This document shows positions 23,231 through 35,689 of a stretch of DNA of 64,000 nucleotides, one piece after another. Within the stretch, counting starts at the first letter, position 1. Each line of letters opens with the position of its first letter. Source of the DNA: Felis catus (Eukaryota). The stretch spans positions 101,372,001 to 101,436,000 of the forward strand of contig NC_058373.1 in the NCBI RefSeq assembly GCF_018350175.1. Reading direction: 5' to 3'. The position numbers and the translations under genes were made by a program. The notes beneath the pieces are model-generated. The model made no database searches, was not told the origin of the DNA, and saw only the letters and a program-made list of their open reading frames with translations.

Positions 23231-23929
23231 TGCGGGAGATGTCCTCTGTGAGGAGCTTGCAGCTGCCGAAGCCTTTTAAGATTCCTTTTCTTTCAGGCCA
23301 ACAAAGGCAGATAAAGATCACCCTTGCTAGTGGTGACTGGTACTTAGTTTCTTTTAGTTATAGTTAAAATAACTCTTTTGGTCTTATAAAGATGTTGCTT
23401 CTCACTTGCTTAGGGAAAGCAGCTGGCTCGGCTGCCTTCCCTGGACGTAATTCCTGTCCCCGATCCTGCCCTTTCCAACCTTTCTCTGAGCCTTCCACCA
23501 TTAGGGCAGGTTTTATTTGAACAGCTGGAGCTATCAAATCAGTGCAGGGTTGTCTAATTAGTCACTCAGGCCACTTAGGTAAGTGAGTTTTCCATATCAG
23601 CTTCAGTGGGAACTTCAGAGAGTCTAAGAAGCTTCCTAAATGATTAAAGGGGTATATTTCTTAAAGGATATATGCAGATGTTCACAATTTGGGTTGTTAG
23701 ATTGATCAGAGGACAAGCCTTTCCAAAAAAAAAAAAGTACTGTTTTACCCTGTGTGAAATCTTTCACCCAGCATGAGATTCTTTTCTATATCTTATATGG
23801 TGAATGGTTAACAGGTCAGGGCTCTGGAACCGGTAATGGAATATTAAATTTATATGGCTCATCATGGGCCACACTCATAGGCAGCAATTTGAATTCCATT
23901 TTCCATTCATAATATTATTTTAATAATTA

Positions 23930-24110
23930 ACAATCATATTGCTTTTTACAGTTTTCAAAGTTCCTTCACTTATATGATCTCTTTTGATCTTTATAGAAAT
24001 GACATGAGGTTAGGCAACATCATGATATCTGCATTTCATAGATTAGGAACCAGGCTCAGAAAGATTAACTGACCTATCCCAGCTCACAAAACTACTAAGT
24101 GGTAAATCTT
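23930..24110 (-). mobile_element. MIR (MIRc/MIR3-like)
   Basis: TTTACAGTTTTCAAAG...CATTTCATAGATTAGGAACCAGGCTCAGAAAGATTAACTGACCTATCCCAGCTCACA. Confidence 0.7.
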
Positions 24111-24639
24111 CTCATTTGAAATTCATTTTCCTTGCCTCGTATCACACTATTTCTGGGAGTTTTAAAATGAGAATATTCCTTTGAAGCCCTTAGTTTTGTC
24201 TGTTTTCCAAACTTTAGTCACTAGAAAAAAGGGTTGGCAGCTAGTTTCTTTGTGGTGCACAGAAGTAGCTGCAAATAATGATCAAGTGATTCTTAGGTAT
24301 TTCAACTATCTGTAAATATCCAGTTAAAACACTGCAGACATATTCTGAAAGCTCAAATAGGAACTTGTACTTGCTTCACTGAGTTAAGGCCCAAATTATT
24401 TTGCACTGCAATGTTTCCATTACATGTTGCTTTTCCCCTGATTTTTTAAAAGATCTTTTCAATACTTTATTGACATTTCGTTGACCTTAGTTGTAGTAAC
24501 TGCTTGGGAGTTTGTACTGAAATTTTGATATTCATGAAACCTTAAGGACAAATAAATGTCAGATTGATTAATCAGTATTCCCAGATATGTTTGTTCTCTT
24601 CTCATAAGAAAACACTAAGAATTAAAGAACAGGATTTTG

Positions 24640-24866
24640 GGGGCGCCTGGGGGGCTCAGTCGGTTAAGCGTCCGACTTCAGCTCAGGTAATGATCTCGCG
24701 GTCCGTGAGTTCAAGCCCCGCATTGGGCTCTGTGCTGCCCGCTCAGAGCCTGGAGCCTGTTTCGGATTCTGTGTCTCTCTCTCTCTGACCCTCCCCCGTT
24801 CATGCTCTGTCTCTCTCTGTCTCAAAAATAAATAAATGTTAAAAAAAAAATTTTTTTTAATAAAAT
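24640..24866 (+). mobile_element. Felid CanSINE (SINEC_Fc)
   Basis: Full body; TSD AAAGAACAGGATTTTG at 24624-24639 and 24867-24882. Confidence 0.97.
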
Positions 24867-24944
24867 AAAGAACAGGATTTTGGATGGCTTCTCCATTGGG
24901 ACTATTTCCATAGCAAGCAAATGAAGTAAAGATGGGTTTTGATT

Positions 24945-25290
24945 AATTCAATCATTCATCTTATTGAGTTTCTATCACATGCTGGGCACTGTGCTAAATT
25001 CTAGGTATATTAGAGTGAACAAGAGAAATAAGGTCCTATTGTCTTAGAGATTCCAGCCTCATAGGGAACCTTCCTTGGGGGACCCTTGTTTACCTGCCAA
25101 GTCTGTGGGTTAGATGCCCCTTTGCTTCTATAATACCATAAGCACTTCTTCATGTTATCACACTGAGTAATAACTAACCATTAACTTGATACCACTACCT
25201 CTCTTATTCTTGCTTGTGTCCCTAGTCTCTAACACTCTGACTGACATCTACTAGGTTCAACAAACATTTGAATAAATAAATGAATCTTAT
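24945..25290. mobile_element. Two L2 3' fragments in opposite orientation
   Basis: Minus tail ATTCAATCATTCATCTTATTGAG...GCTGGGCACTGTGCTA at the left. Plus tail CTACTAGGTTCAACAAACATTTGAATAAATAAATGAAT at the right. Confidence 0.6.
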
Positions 25291-26012
25291 TTCATGCTGG
25301 GTTAAAAACCCAAGTCAAATCAGAAAAAAAGTACTTTAGCTATATTGCCTAGTAGAATGCCTTTAGTAGAAATGTCTCCTTGTCAAAATTAACTTTCAGT
25401 ATTTGACAGGACACATAAAACAGACTTTGTAGCTGGGAAAAAGTAGGTACCATTGCAACTTATTGATCTGCCTTTTCCTTTAATTTCTCTTCATCTCCAT
25501 TTATCTTTCTCTTCTTCTTAGGATCTCTCTACTTCTTCAATCATTATTGTCTTTACCTACCCTTCACCCACTGCCTACTTTCCAAGACAGTAACTTTACC
25601 TTTTGGCCTTCACATGTCTAATTATTCCCATCTTTCATTATCTTTTTAACTTCTTATCACATTTCATTCTAACTTTAGAGTTCATTCTCAACAACTACTG
25701 CTAGAGAAGTTCCATTCTTCTTTTATCTAAAAATGTCTGCCAAAGAGATCACAGATAATCCCATGATATAATATTAGGCAGAACTCAAATGAACCCAAGT
25801 CTTTGCTGTTAACTTATTTGATAAAAACACAATGTGCGTACTTTAGTTAGCAAGTCCTATGAATTCAGAACATGAAGTGTGGCTTAGGTTTGGGACAGGC
25901 AGGCTACACAAACAGGTGCAAGGAGAATCCCTGCTCCAGGTCTGAGCTTCACTCTGTAGACCAGATCAGTTTTGTCGTGATGTCTAGAGGTGATAAGAAC
26001 AAGGGAGGTCAG

Positions 26013-26456
26013 ATTTGTGACCTAATATGTGATCTATTCTGGAGAATGTTCCATGTGTACTTGAGAAGAATGTATTTTCTGTTGCTTTAGAATGAAATGT
26101 TCTGAATATATCTGTTAAGTCCATCCAATCCACTATGTCATCCAAAGCCATTGTTTCTTTGTTGATTTCCTACTTAGAGAATCTGTCCATTGCTATAAGT
26201 GGGGTGTTGAAGTCCCCTACTATTATGGTATTATTATCAATGAATTCCTTTATGTTTGTGATTAATTTATTTATATATTTGGGTGCTATCAAGTTGGGGG
26301 CATAAATATTTACAATTGTTCATGCTTCTTGGTGGATAGACCCCTTAATTATGATATAATGCCCTTCTTTATCTCTTGTTACTGTCTTTGTTTTAAAATC
26401 TAGTTTGCCTGATAAAAGTATGGCTACTTTGGCCTTCTTTTGATGTCCATTAGCAT
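26013..26456 (-). mobile_element. Inverted 5' segment (ORF2 endonuclease region) of a carnivore L1
   Basis: Reverse complement encodes ANGHQKKAKVAILLSGKLDFKTK ... FSRIDHILGHK. Confidence 0.9.
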
Positions 26457-26814
26457 ATTTCAGACTACAATGCTATGAAACTTGAAATCAACCACAAGAA
26501 AAAATTTGGAAAGACCATGAACACTTGGAGATTAAAGAACATCCTACCAAATAATTTATGGATTAACCAAGAAACAAGAGAGGAAATTAAAAAGTACATG
26601 GAAGCCAATGAAAATGAAAACATAACAGTCCAAAACCTCTGGGATGCAACAAAGGTAGTCATAAGAGGGAAGTATATAGCAATCCAGGCCTTCCTAAAGA
26701 AGGAAGAAATGTCTCAAATACACCTAAAGGGCCTGGAAAAAGAACACCAAATAAAGCCAAAACCAGCAAAAGAAGGGAAATAATAAAGATTAGAGCAGAA
26801 ATAAATGATATTAA

Positions 26815-26849
<35 letters not shown>
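26815..26849 (+). repeat. (AAT)n microsatellite within L1 ORF2
   Basis: About 11 AAT units read directly. Confidence 0.95.
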
Positions 26850-26851
<2 letters not shown>

Positions 26852-29379
26852 CAGATCAATAAAATCAGGAGCTGGTTCTTTGCAAGAATTAACAAAATTG
26901 ATAAGCCCCTAGCCAGACTGATGAAGTGAAAAAGGAAAGGACCCAAATAAATAAAATCATAAATGAAGGAGGAGAGATCACAACCAACACTGCAGAAATA
27001 CAAACAATAATAAGAGAATATTATGAGTGATTATATGCCAACGAATTGGGCAATCTGGAAGAAACAAATTCCTAGAAACATATAAACTACCAAAACTTAA
27101 AACAGATCCATAACCAGTAAAGAAATCAAATCAGTAATCAAAAATCTCCCAACAAACAAGTGCAGGGCTGCATGGCTTCCCAGGAGAATTCTACCAAACA
27201 TTTAAAGAAGAGTCAATACCTATTCTTTTGAAGCTGTTCTAAAAAGTAGAAATGGAAGGAAAACTTCTAAACTCATTCTATGAGGCTAGCATTATCCTGA
27301 TTCCAAAACCAAAGACTCCACTAAAAAAGAGAATTATAGACCAATCTCCCTGATGAACATGGATGCAAAAATTCTCAGTAAGATACTAGCAAACCAAATC
27401 CAACAATACATTAAAAGAATTTTTCACCACGATCAAATGAGACTTATTCCTGGGCTGTAGGCCTGGTTCAGTATCTGCAAATCAATCAATGTGATACATC
27501 ACATTAATAAAAGAAAGGATAAGAACCACATAATGCTTTCAATACATGCAGAAAAAGCATCTGACAAAATATAGCATCCTTTCTTGATAAAAATCCTTAA
27601 GAAAGTAGGGGATAGAAGGAACATACCTCAACCTCATAAAGGCCATATATGAAAGACCCACTGCTAATATCCTCAATGGGGAAAAACAGAGAACTTTCCC
27701 CCAAAGGTCAGGAACATTACAGGGATGTCCACTGTCACCACTGTTGCTCAACATCGCATTGGAAGTCCCAGCCTCAGCAATCAGACAACACAAAGAAATA
27801 AAAGACATCCAAATCAGCAAGGAGGAAGTCAAACTTTCACTCTTCACAGACAACATGATACTCTATGGAAAACTCAAAAGACTCCACCAAAAAACTACTA
27901 GAGCTGATACATGAATTCAACAAAGTCTCAGGATATAAAATCAATGTACAGAAATTAGTTGCATTTCTAGACACCAAAAATAAAGCAGCAGAAAGAGAAA
28001 TCGGGGAAGAGATCCCACTTACAATTGCACCAAAAAAAAAAAAAACCCATAAAATACATAGGAATAAACCTAACCAAAGAGGTAAAATATCAGTATGTTG
28101 AAAAGTATAGAAAGCTTATGAAAGAAATTTAAGAAGAGAAAAAGAAATGGAAAAACATTCCATGATCATGGATTGAAAAAACAAATATTTTTAAAATGTC
28201 AATACTACCCAAAGCAATCTACACATTCAACACAATCCCTATCAAAATAACACCAGCATTCTATACAGAAGCTAGAACAGACAATTCTAAAATTTGTATG
28301 GAACCAGAAAAGACCCTGAATATCCAAAACAATCCTGAAAAAGAAAACCAAAGCTGGAGGCATCACAATTCTGGACTTCAAGTTGTATTACAAAGCTATT
28401 ATCACCAAGACAATATGGTACTGGCACAAAAACAGACACTTAGATAAATGGAACACAATAGATAACCCAGAAGTGGACCCACAAATGCATGCCCAACTAA
28501 TCTTTGACAAAGCAGGAATGAAAATCCAGTGGAAAAAATAGTCTTTTCAGCAAAAGGTGTTGGGAAGACTGGACAGCAACATGCAGAAAAGTGAACATAG
28601 ACCACTTTATTACACCATACACAAATGTAAACTCAAAATGGATGAAAGACCTAAACATCAGACATGAAAGCATCAAAATCCTAGAGAATAAAACAGGCAA
28701 CAACCTCTTTGACCTTGGCCACAGCAACTTCTTACTAGACATGTCTCCTGAGTCAAGGGAAACAAAAGCAAAGATGAGCTATTGGGACCTCATCAAGATA
28801 AAAAGCTTCTTCACAATGAAGGAAGTAAGCAACAAAACTAAAATACAACCTATGGAATGGGATAAGATATTTGCAAATGACATACTGAATAAAGGGCTAG
28901 TATCCAAAATTTACAAGGAATTTATCAAACTTAACACCCCAAAAAACAAATAATCCAGTGAAGAAATGGGCAAAAGACGTGAACAGACACTTTTCCAAAG
29001 AAGATATCCAGATGGCTAACAGACACATGAAAAGATGCTCAACATCACTCATCATCAGGAATATACAAATCAAAACCACAATGAGATACCACCTCACACT
29101 TGTCAGTATTGAGAAAATTAACAACATAAGAAACAAAAGATGTTGGCGAGGATGTGGAGAAAGGGGAACACTTTTGCACTGCTGGTGGGAATGAAAACTG
29201 GTGCAGCCACTCTGGAAAACAGTATGGAGGTTCCTCAAAAAATTAAAAATACAGCTATCCTATAACACAGAAATTGCACTACTAGGTATTTATTCAAGGG
29301 ATACAGGTATGCTGTTTCAAAGGGGCACATGCAACCCAATGTTTATAGCAGTCCATTGGCTGATGAATGGATAAAGAAG

Positions 29380-29380
<1 letters not shown>

Positions 29381-29410
<30 letters not shown>

Positions 29411-29516
29411 TGCACACACACACACACAATGGAATATCACTAGGTGATCAAAAAGAATGTGCATGCATACGCACACACACATACACAATAGAATATTACT
29501 AGGTGATCAAAAAGAA
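29381..29516. repeat. (TG)14-CATG-(CA)8 inverted microsatellite plus a 53/59-bp tandem duplication
   Basis: Read directly. Copies at 29405-29457 and 29458-29516 both end CTAGGTGATCAAAAAGAA. Confidence 0.9.
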
Positions 29517-30165
29517 TAAAATCCTGCCATTCGCAACAACATGCATGAAACTAGAATGTATTTTGCTAAGTGAAATAAGTCAGTCAGAGAAAGATAAATA
29601 TCATATGATTCCACTCCTGTGGAATTTGAGAAACTCAACAGATGAATATAGGGCAAGGGAAAGAAAAAGAAGATAAAAACAGAGAGGGACGCAAACTAAA
29701 AGAGAGAACAAACTGAGGGCTGCTGGAGGGGTGCTGGGTGGGAGCATGGGCTAAATGCATGATGGGCATTAAGGAGGACACTTGTTGGGATAAGCACTGG
29801 GTGTTATATGTAAGTGATGAATCACTAAATTCTATTCCTGAAACCATTACTACATTATATGTTAACTAACTTGGATTTAAATAAAATTTTTAAAAAATTT
29901 AAAACAAAAACACCAAGGAAGGTCAGCTCATTCTAGTCAAACCTACAGGTTCAAATGCCAATTACTTTCCTTGTAATGAAAATTATAAATTCTCAACACA
30001 GTGGATTCTCAATTTTTCTAATTAGTCCATTTCATTTGTTTTTGTATATAGGTAGATATACATGAAAAGCTAAATCATAATCTGCTTACTTGCTCAGCAC
30101 AGAATTAGAGCAAGAGAAATTGTATGGACATAAGAAGTATCTATCCCTTTCTCTTGAAAATTCCA

Positions 30166-30406
30166 GGTGTGCCTGGGTGGCTCAGTCAGTTAAGTGTCCG
30201 ACTTAGGCTCAGGTCATGATTTCACAGCTGGTGGGTTCAAGCCCCATGTCGGGCTCTGTGTTGATAGCTCAGAACCTGGAGCCTGCTTTGGATTCTGTGT
30301 CTCCGTCTCTCTCCCTCTCTGCCCCTTCCCCACTCACACTCTGTCTCTCCATCTCTTAAAAATAAATAAACATTAAAAAAATAAAAATTAATTAATTAAA
30401 AAAAAA
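30166..30406 (+). mobile_element. CanSINE
   Basis: GCCTGGGTGGCTCAGTCAGTTAAGTGTCCGACT...AATAAA-polyA; degenerate TSD GAAAATTC. Confidence 0.93.
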
Positions 30407-30727
30407 GAAAATTCTGGAGTACACTATTGAATAGAATTGGTAAAACAAAAACATCTGTTAACTCCCTGGCTAATGTTCCCTTCCTTTCCTTCAAAACTGA
30501 GCTCCTCAAAAAATAGCCATGTATCTTTTGCCTATTTTCTTACTTCTCATTCACTCTTTGGCCAGCTGACATGAGCTTCGGTCTATGGTACTCTATTAAA
30601 ACTATTTTGTTTTTTAAAGTCCTAATGACCTATTATAGCAAAATCCAATAGGCCTTTCCTGGTTTCATAATTTCCTTAAGATTATTTCATATAATTCACC
30701 TATTCATTATTGATTCAATGATTCTCA

Positions 30728-30823
30728 AAGCAGCTTGGAGCCTGCTTGAGATTCTCTCTTTCACTTTCTCCCTCAAACCCTCTCCTCTGCTCATGCTCTT
30801 TCTTTCTTTCTAAAGAAAAAAAA
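30728..30823 (+). mobile_element. 5'-truncated CanSINE fragment
   Basis: GGAGCCTGCTTGAGATTCTCTC...CTCTGCTCATGCTC followed by an A-tail; the tRNA head is absent. Confidence 0.7.
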
Positions 30824-31351
30824 TCTCATTAATGGTCCTATTGGCATAGAGCAAATAAAGAAACATTTATTCAAAAATATTTACTAAGCCCCAGTAAGAA
30901 CTGCAAGGGTCTGTGGGATTTGAATGAGGGACCATATCCTCTCTCTCCACCCCCAGCAGTAAGATAGAAACTCTACTCCAGACTGGTACAGCCAAGAATA
31001 CAGGGAATTCTTTCCCCTGAGTTTCCAGTTAGAGGACTATCTTCCCAAGAAGGGCAGACTGTTAGCAGTTTTTATCCTACCTCATCTACCTGTTGCTGAG
31101 GCTAAGTTCTAGGAGAATGCATCCAACAGCAGGAGCTCTCATCTTCTCCCCAGACTCCATGCATGTAATAAAGTCTTTACCTTGAGCATGGTGCCACTGA
31201 GAGTACTGGGACCCTAAATGCCCTTGCTGCAGTTTGTGGGACAAGTATTACAATGCAAGAGAGGCAAACCAAGAGCATCTAGGGCCACTACCCCCATCTT
31301 CTGAGCACTCAGCTCCAAAGTGGGGGTGTCACTTAGAAATGTGTCATTGTC

Positions 31352-31587
31352 AGGGCACCTGGGTGGCTCAGTCGGTTAAGCAACTGACTTCGGCTCAGGT
31401 CATGATCTCACGGTTTGTGGGTTCAAGCCCCGTATCAGGCTCTGTGCTGACAGGTCAGAGCCTGGAGCCTGCTTCAGATTCTGTGTCTCCCTCTCTCTCT
31501 GTTCCTTCCCTGCTTGTTCTCTGTCTCTCTCTGTCTCTCAAAAATAAATAAACATTAAAAAAATTAAAAAAAAAAAAGAGAGAGAGA
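31352..31587 (+). mobile_element. Felid CanSINE
   Basis: TSD AGAAATGTG(T/CC)CATTGTC at 31335-31351 and 31588-31605. Confidence 0.95.
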
Positions 31588-32035
31588 AGAAATGTGCCCA
31601 TTGTCCTTACCCCTAGCACAGGGCTATGGCTCAGAGATTTTTGCCTTGGAGGAGAAGTAGTCTATAGAACAGACAGCTCCAAATCTCTCCCCAAGAAATT
31701 GACTTCATTCACAATAGAATGTAGAGAAGTTCAACCCTAAGTAGAGTTGTGGTGAAAGGAAACTGGGAGGGAATTGATAGATTCATTTGAGATATATGCT
31801 AAGCCACAGGCTAATTTGCTAAAATGAACTGGGAAAAGGGAGAGATGGGGAGAACAACTGGGGTTAGAATAAATCTCAAATACTGACCTCTACAACTATC
31901 TTCAAAGGAAGTGGAATTTGACTAGATTACTTTAAAAAAGCAGTTTATGCTTTTTTGTTGTTGAACACAACACAGAAATCAGCTGGCAACCAGTGGCACT
32001 TAATAGCTGAGTGTAGTCATAAAAAGAGACCATTG

Positions 32036-32251
32036 GGGGCTTCTGGGTGGCTCAGTCAGTTAAGCGTCCAACTTCAGCTCAGGTCAGGATCTCATAGTTT
32101 GTGAGTTCAAGCCCTGCATTGGGCTCTGTGCTAACAGCTTGGAGCTTGGAACCTGCTTTGGATTCTGTGTCTCCCTCTTTCTGTGCCCCTTCCCAACTCA
32201 CACTCTGTCTCTCTCTCAAAAATAAATAAACATTAAAAAAAAGAAAAAAAG
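32036..32251 (+). mobile_element. Felid CanSINE
   Basis: TSD AAAAAGAGACCAT(T/C)G at 32021-32035 and 32252-32266. Confidence 0.95.
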
Positions 32252-33403
32252 AAAAAGAGACCATCGAGGAGAGCCCTGTAAAACCACTTTCATCTCAAGG
32301 TGACTGTGGACACACCTAAGGTTGTGCCCCCAGGTAGCAACATCAGAGATTTCAAACTGTAGGTAGGAAATAGACTTCACAAAAGTAATACAGACAGTCA
32401 CCAAACAAATAAACAAGCAAATAACAGAAAATAAGTCCCAGAGTGGGGAACCCAATGCTCAGAGTTGCTACAATATATTATCTAAAATGTCCAGTTTCCA
32501 TTAAAAAAAAAGTATGAGATACACAAACAAGAAAGTATGTTCTTTACACCAGAAAAAAAAAAAAGCAGTAAACAAACTGCCTGTGAAAGTGACCAGATGT
32601 TGGATTTAATGAACAATGACTTCAATGTAAACATTATAAATATGCTCAAAGAACTGAAGAAAATCATGATTAAAGAAATAAAGGAAGGCATGATGACAGT
32701 GTTGCATCAAATAGAGAATATCAATAGAGATAGAACTTATAGGGGGAAAGTGAAAATTTGGCAGTTGAAATGTACAGTAACTGGAAGTTAAAAATGCATT
32801 AGAGGAGCTCAATAGTAGATCTGAACTAGCAGAAAAAAATTAGCCAACTTGAGATAATTGATAAAGATTATGCAATCTGAGGAACAGAGAGTAAAAAGAA
32901 TGAAGACAAATGAAAAGAGCCTCAGAGATATGTGAGATAGCATTAAATCCTCTCCAGAACAAGAGGAGAGATAGAAAGGACAGAAAAAATATTCAAAGAA
33001 ATAATGGCTGAAAATTTCCCTAATTTATTGAAAAACATTCATTTATACATCTAGGAAGTTTGGTGAATTTCAAGTAGGATAAATACAAACAGATTCATAA
33101 ATGGACACATTGTAGCAAAAATGCTGAAAAACAAGAAGAAAATACTGAACTCAGAAAATGAAAAATAATTTATCACTCACAAGGGAACCCTAATAACATT
33201 CACAACTGACTTCTCATCAAAAACAATGGATTCCAGAAGATAGTGGGATGACATATTTAAATTGCTGAAAGAAGAAATGGTCAGCCAAGAATCCTATATT
33301 CTACAAAACTATCTTTAAAAAATGATGATGAAACAAATTTCCAAATATATAAAAACTGAGAGAATTCGTTGCTAAGAGACACATCTTACAAGAAATACAA
33401 AAG

Positions 33404-34643
33404 AAAACCAACAGCATTTTTCACAGAGCTAGAACAAATAATACTAAAATTTGTGTGTAGCCACAAAAGACCCCAAATAGTCAAAGCAATCTTGAGAAAG
33501 AAGAACAAAGGTATCACATGGAGGGTATGGAGCATGGGAGGTATCACAATCCCAGATTTCAAGATATACTATGATGCTGTAGCTATCAACACAGTATGGT
33601 ACTGGCATAAAAACAGACAAATACGTCAATGGAACAGAAAAGAGATTCCAGAAATAAACCCATGCTTATATGGACAATTAATCTACGACAAAGGAGTTGA
33701 GAATATACAGTGGGAAAAGACAGTCTCTTCAATAAATCATGCTGAGAAAACTAGATAGCCAGATACAAAAGAATGAAACTGGACCACTTTCTCACACCAT
33801 ATACAAAAATAAACTTGAAATGGATTAAAGAGCTAAATGTGAAACCTGAAACCATAAAAATTCCTAGGGAAAAAAAAAGGCAGTAATCTCTTGGACATTA
33901 GCCTTAGCAACATTTATCTATATATGTCTCTTTAGGAAAGGAAAACAAAAGCAAAAATAAACTATTGGTACAATACCAAAATAAAAAGGTTTTTGCACAG
34001 CAAAAGAAACCATCAAAAAAAAAAAAAAAGGCAACCTACCAAGTGGAAAAAGATATCTACAAATGATATATCCAATAAGGAGTTAATTCAAGATATATAA
34101 AGAATTTCTACAATTCAACACCAAAGGAAAAAAAATATATACATACACATACATGCACATATATATATTCCAATTAAAAATGGTTAGAGGACCCAAACAG
34201 ACATTTTTTTCTAAAGAAGTCATACAGAAGGCCAAGAGACACAGGAAAAGATGTTCAACATCATTAATCATCAGGGAAATGCAAATCAAAACCACAATGA
34301 GGTATCACCCTACAACTGTCCAAATGGCTAGAATCAAAAAGACAAGAAAAAACAAGCAATGGTGAGAATATGAAGAAGAAGGAACCCTTAAGCACTATTG
34401 CTGGGAATGTAAACTGGTACAGCCACTGTGGAAAGCAATATAAAAGTTTTTCAAAAAATTAAAAATAGAAATACCGTATGATCCAGTAATTCCACTACTG
34501 GATATGTACCCAAAGAAAACAAAAACACTAATTCAAAAAGATATATGTACCCCTACATTTATTGCAGCATTATTTACAATAGCCAAGATATGGAAGCAAT
34601 CCAAGTGTTCATCCATAGATGAATGGTTTAAAAAAAAATGTAG

Positions 34644-34690
<47 letters not shown>

Positions 34691-35169
34691 GAATATTACA
34701 CAGCCATAAAAAGTAATGAGATCTTACCATTTGCAATAACATGGATGGACCTAGAGTGTATTATGCTAAGTGAAATAAGTCAGACAGAATTACCATATGA
34801 TTTCAATTATATGTGGAATCTAAAAATAAATAAATAAAACAAACAAGAAAAATACAGGAAAATAACAGATTCTTAAATACAGAGAACAAACTGGTGATTG
34901 CCAGATGTGAGGTGGGTGAAGGGATGGGTAAAATAGAGGAAGGGTATTAAGAGGTCTGAACCCTCAGTTATAAATAAATTAAGTTACAGAGATGAAAAGT
35001 ACAACATAGGGAATATAGTCAATAATACTGTAATAATGTATGGTGACTACACTTACCATGATGAGCACTGAGAAATGTATAGAATTGTTGAATCAATATG
35101 TTGCACACCTGAAACTAATAAAACATTGTATGTTAATTATATTTCAGTTTATAAAAAAGAGAGAGAGAG
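33404..35169 (+). mobile_element. 5'-truncated older carnivore L1 (L1_Carn5-like) inserted in host ORF1
   Basis: ORF2 C-terminal remnants [15 protein letters not shown]...[10 protein letters not shown]. 3' UTR ...TTGAATCAATATGTTGCACACCTGAAACTAAT. Degenerate TSD AGAAATACAAAAGAA / AGAGATACTAAAAAA. Confidence 0.9.
34647..34688 (+). repeat. (AC)21 microsatellite
   Basis: Read directly. Confidence 0.97.
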
Positions 35170-35689
35170 AGAGATACTAAAAAAAGTTCTTCAGGCCGAA
35201 AGCCCCAGACACCAAAAAAAACAAAAACAAAAACAAAAACAAAACCACAAAAACAAAACCACAAGAAACAAAAAGCACTACTATCTTTTGTAATAGTAGT
35301 ACAAAAGCATTTTTGTACAAAAGATAGTACAAATGCATTCTTTTCTTTCTTCAATTATTAGACCAAAGCATATGAAAATGTAGTATATCTGTCAATAACA
35401 GCACAAAGGAGGTGGGTGGGAGAGCAAAACTCTATTGACCCAAGAAAATTACTCCAGATGTGAACTCAGATCCATAAAAACAAATGAAGAGAAGCAAAAA
35501 ATGATAAATAAGAAGCTTAATATGACAAAAGTTATAAATATATACTGTCTCTCCTTTCTCTTCTCGGCTTTCTTTAAAGTCATAAAATTGAGGCACCTGG
35601 CTGGCTCAGTTCATATAACATCTTGATCTCAGGATTGTGAGTTCAAGCCCCACCTCAGGTATAGAGATTACCGAAAAAAATAAAATCTT

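Larger units (their letters stand above)
26453..29913 (+). mobile_element. Carnivore L1 (L1_Carn/L1_Felid-type): decayed ORF2 and 3' UTR
   Basis: ORF remnants MKLEINHKKKFGK..., [15 protein letters not shown]... and [17 protein letters not shown]. Carnivore 3' UTR GAGGACACTTGTTGGGATAAGCACTGGGTGTT. TSD CAAGG(G/A)AGGTCAG at 26000-26012 and 29914-29926. Confidence 0.95.

Noticed and set aside
24640..24730. tRNA genes at SINE heads
   Set aside because: These are tRNA-Lys-derived CanSINE heads followed by (CT)n and polyA with TSDs, not tRNA genes.
24945..25290. L2-derived miRNA hairpin of miR-28/miR-151 type
   Set aside because: The two L2 tails point outward and are ~300 bp apart and diverged, not joined tail-to-tail as in those miRNAs.
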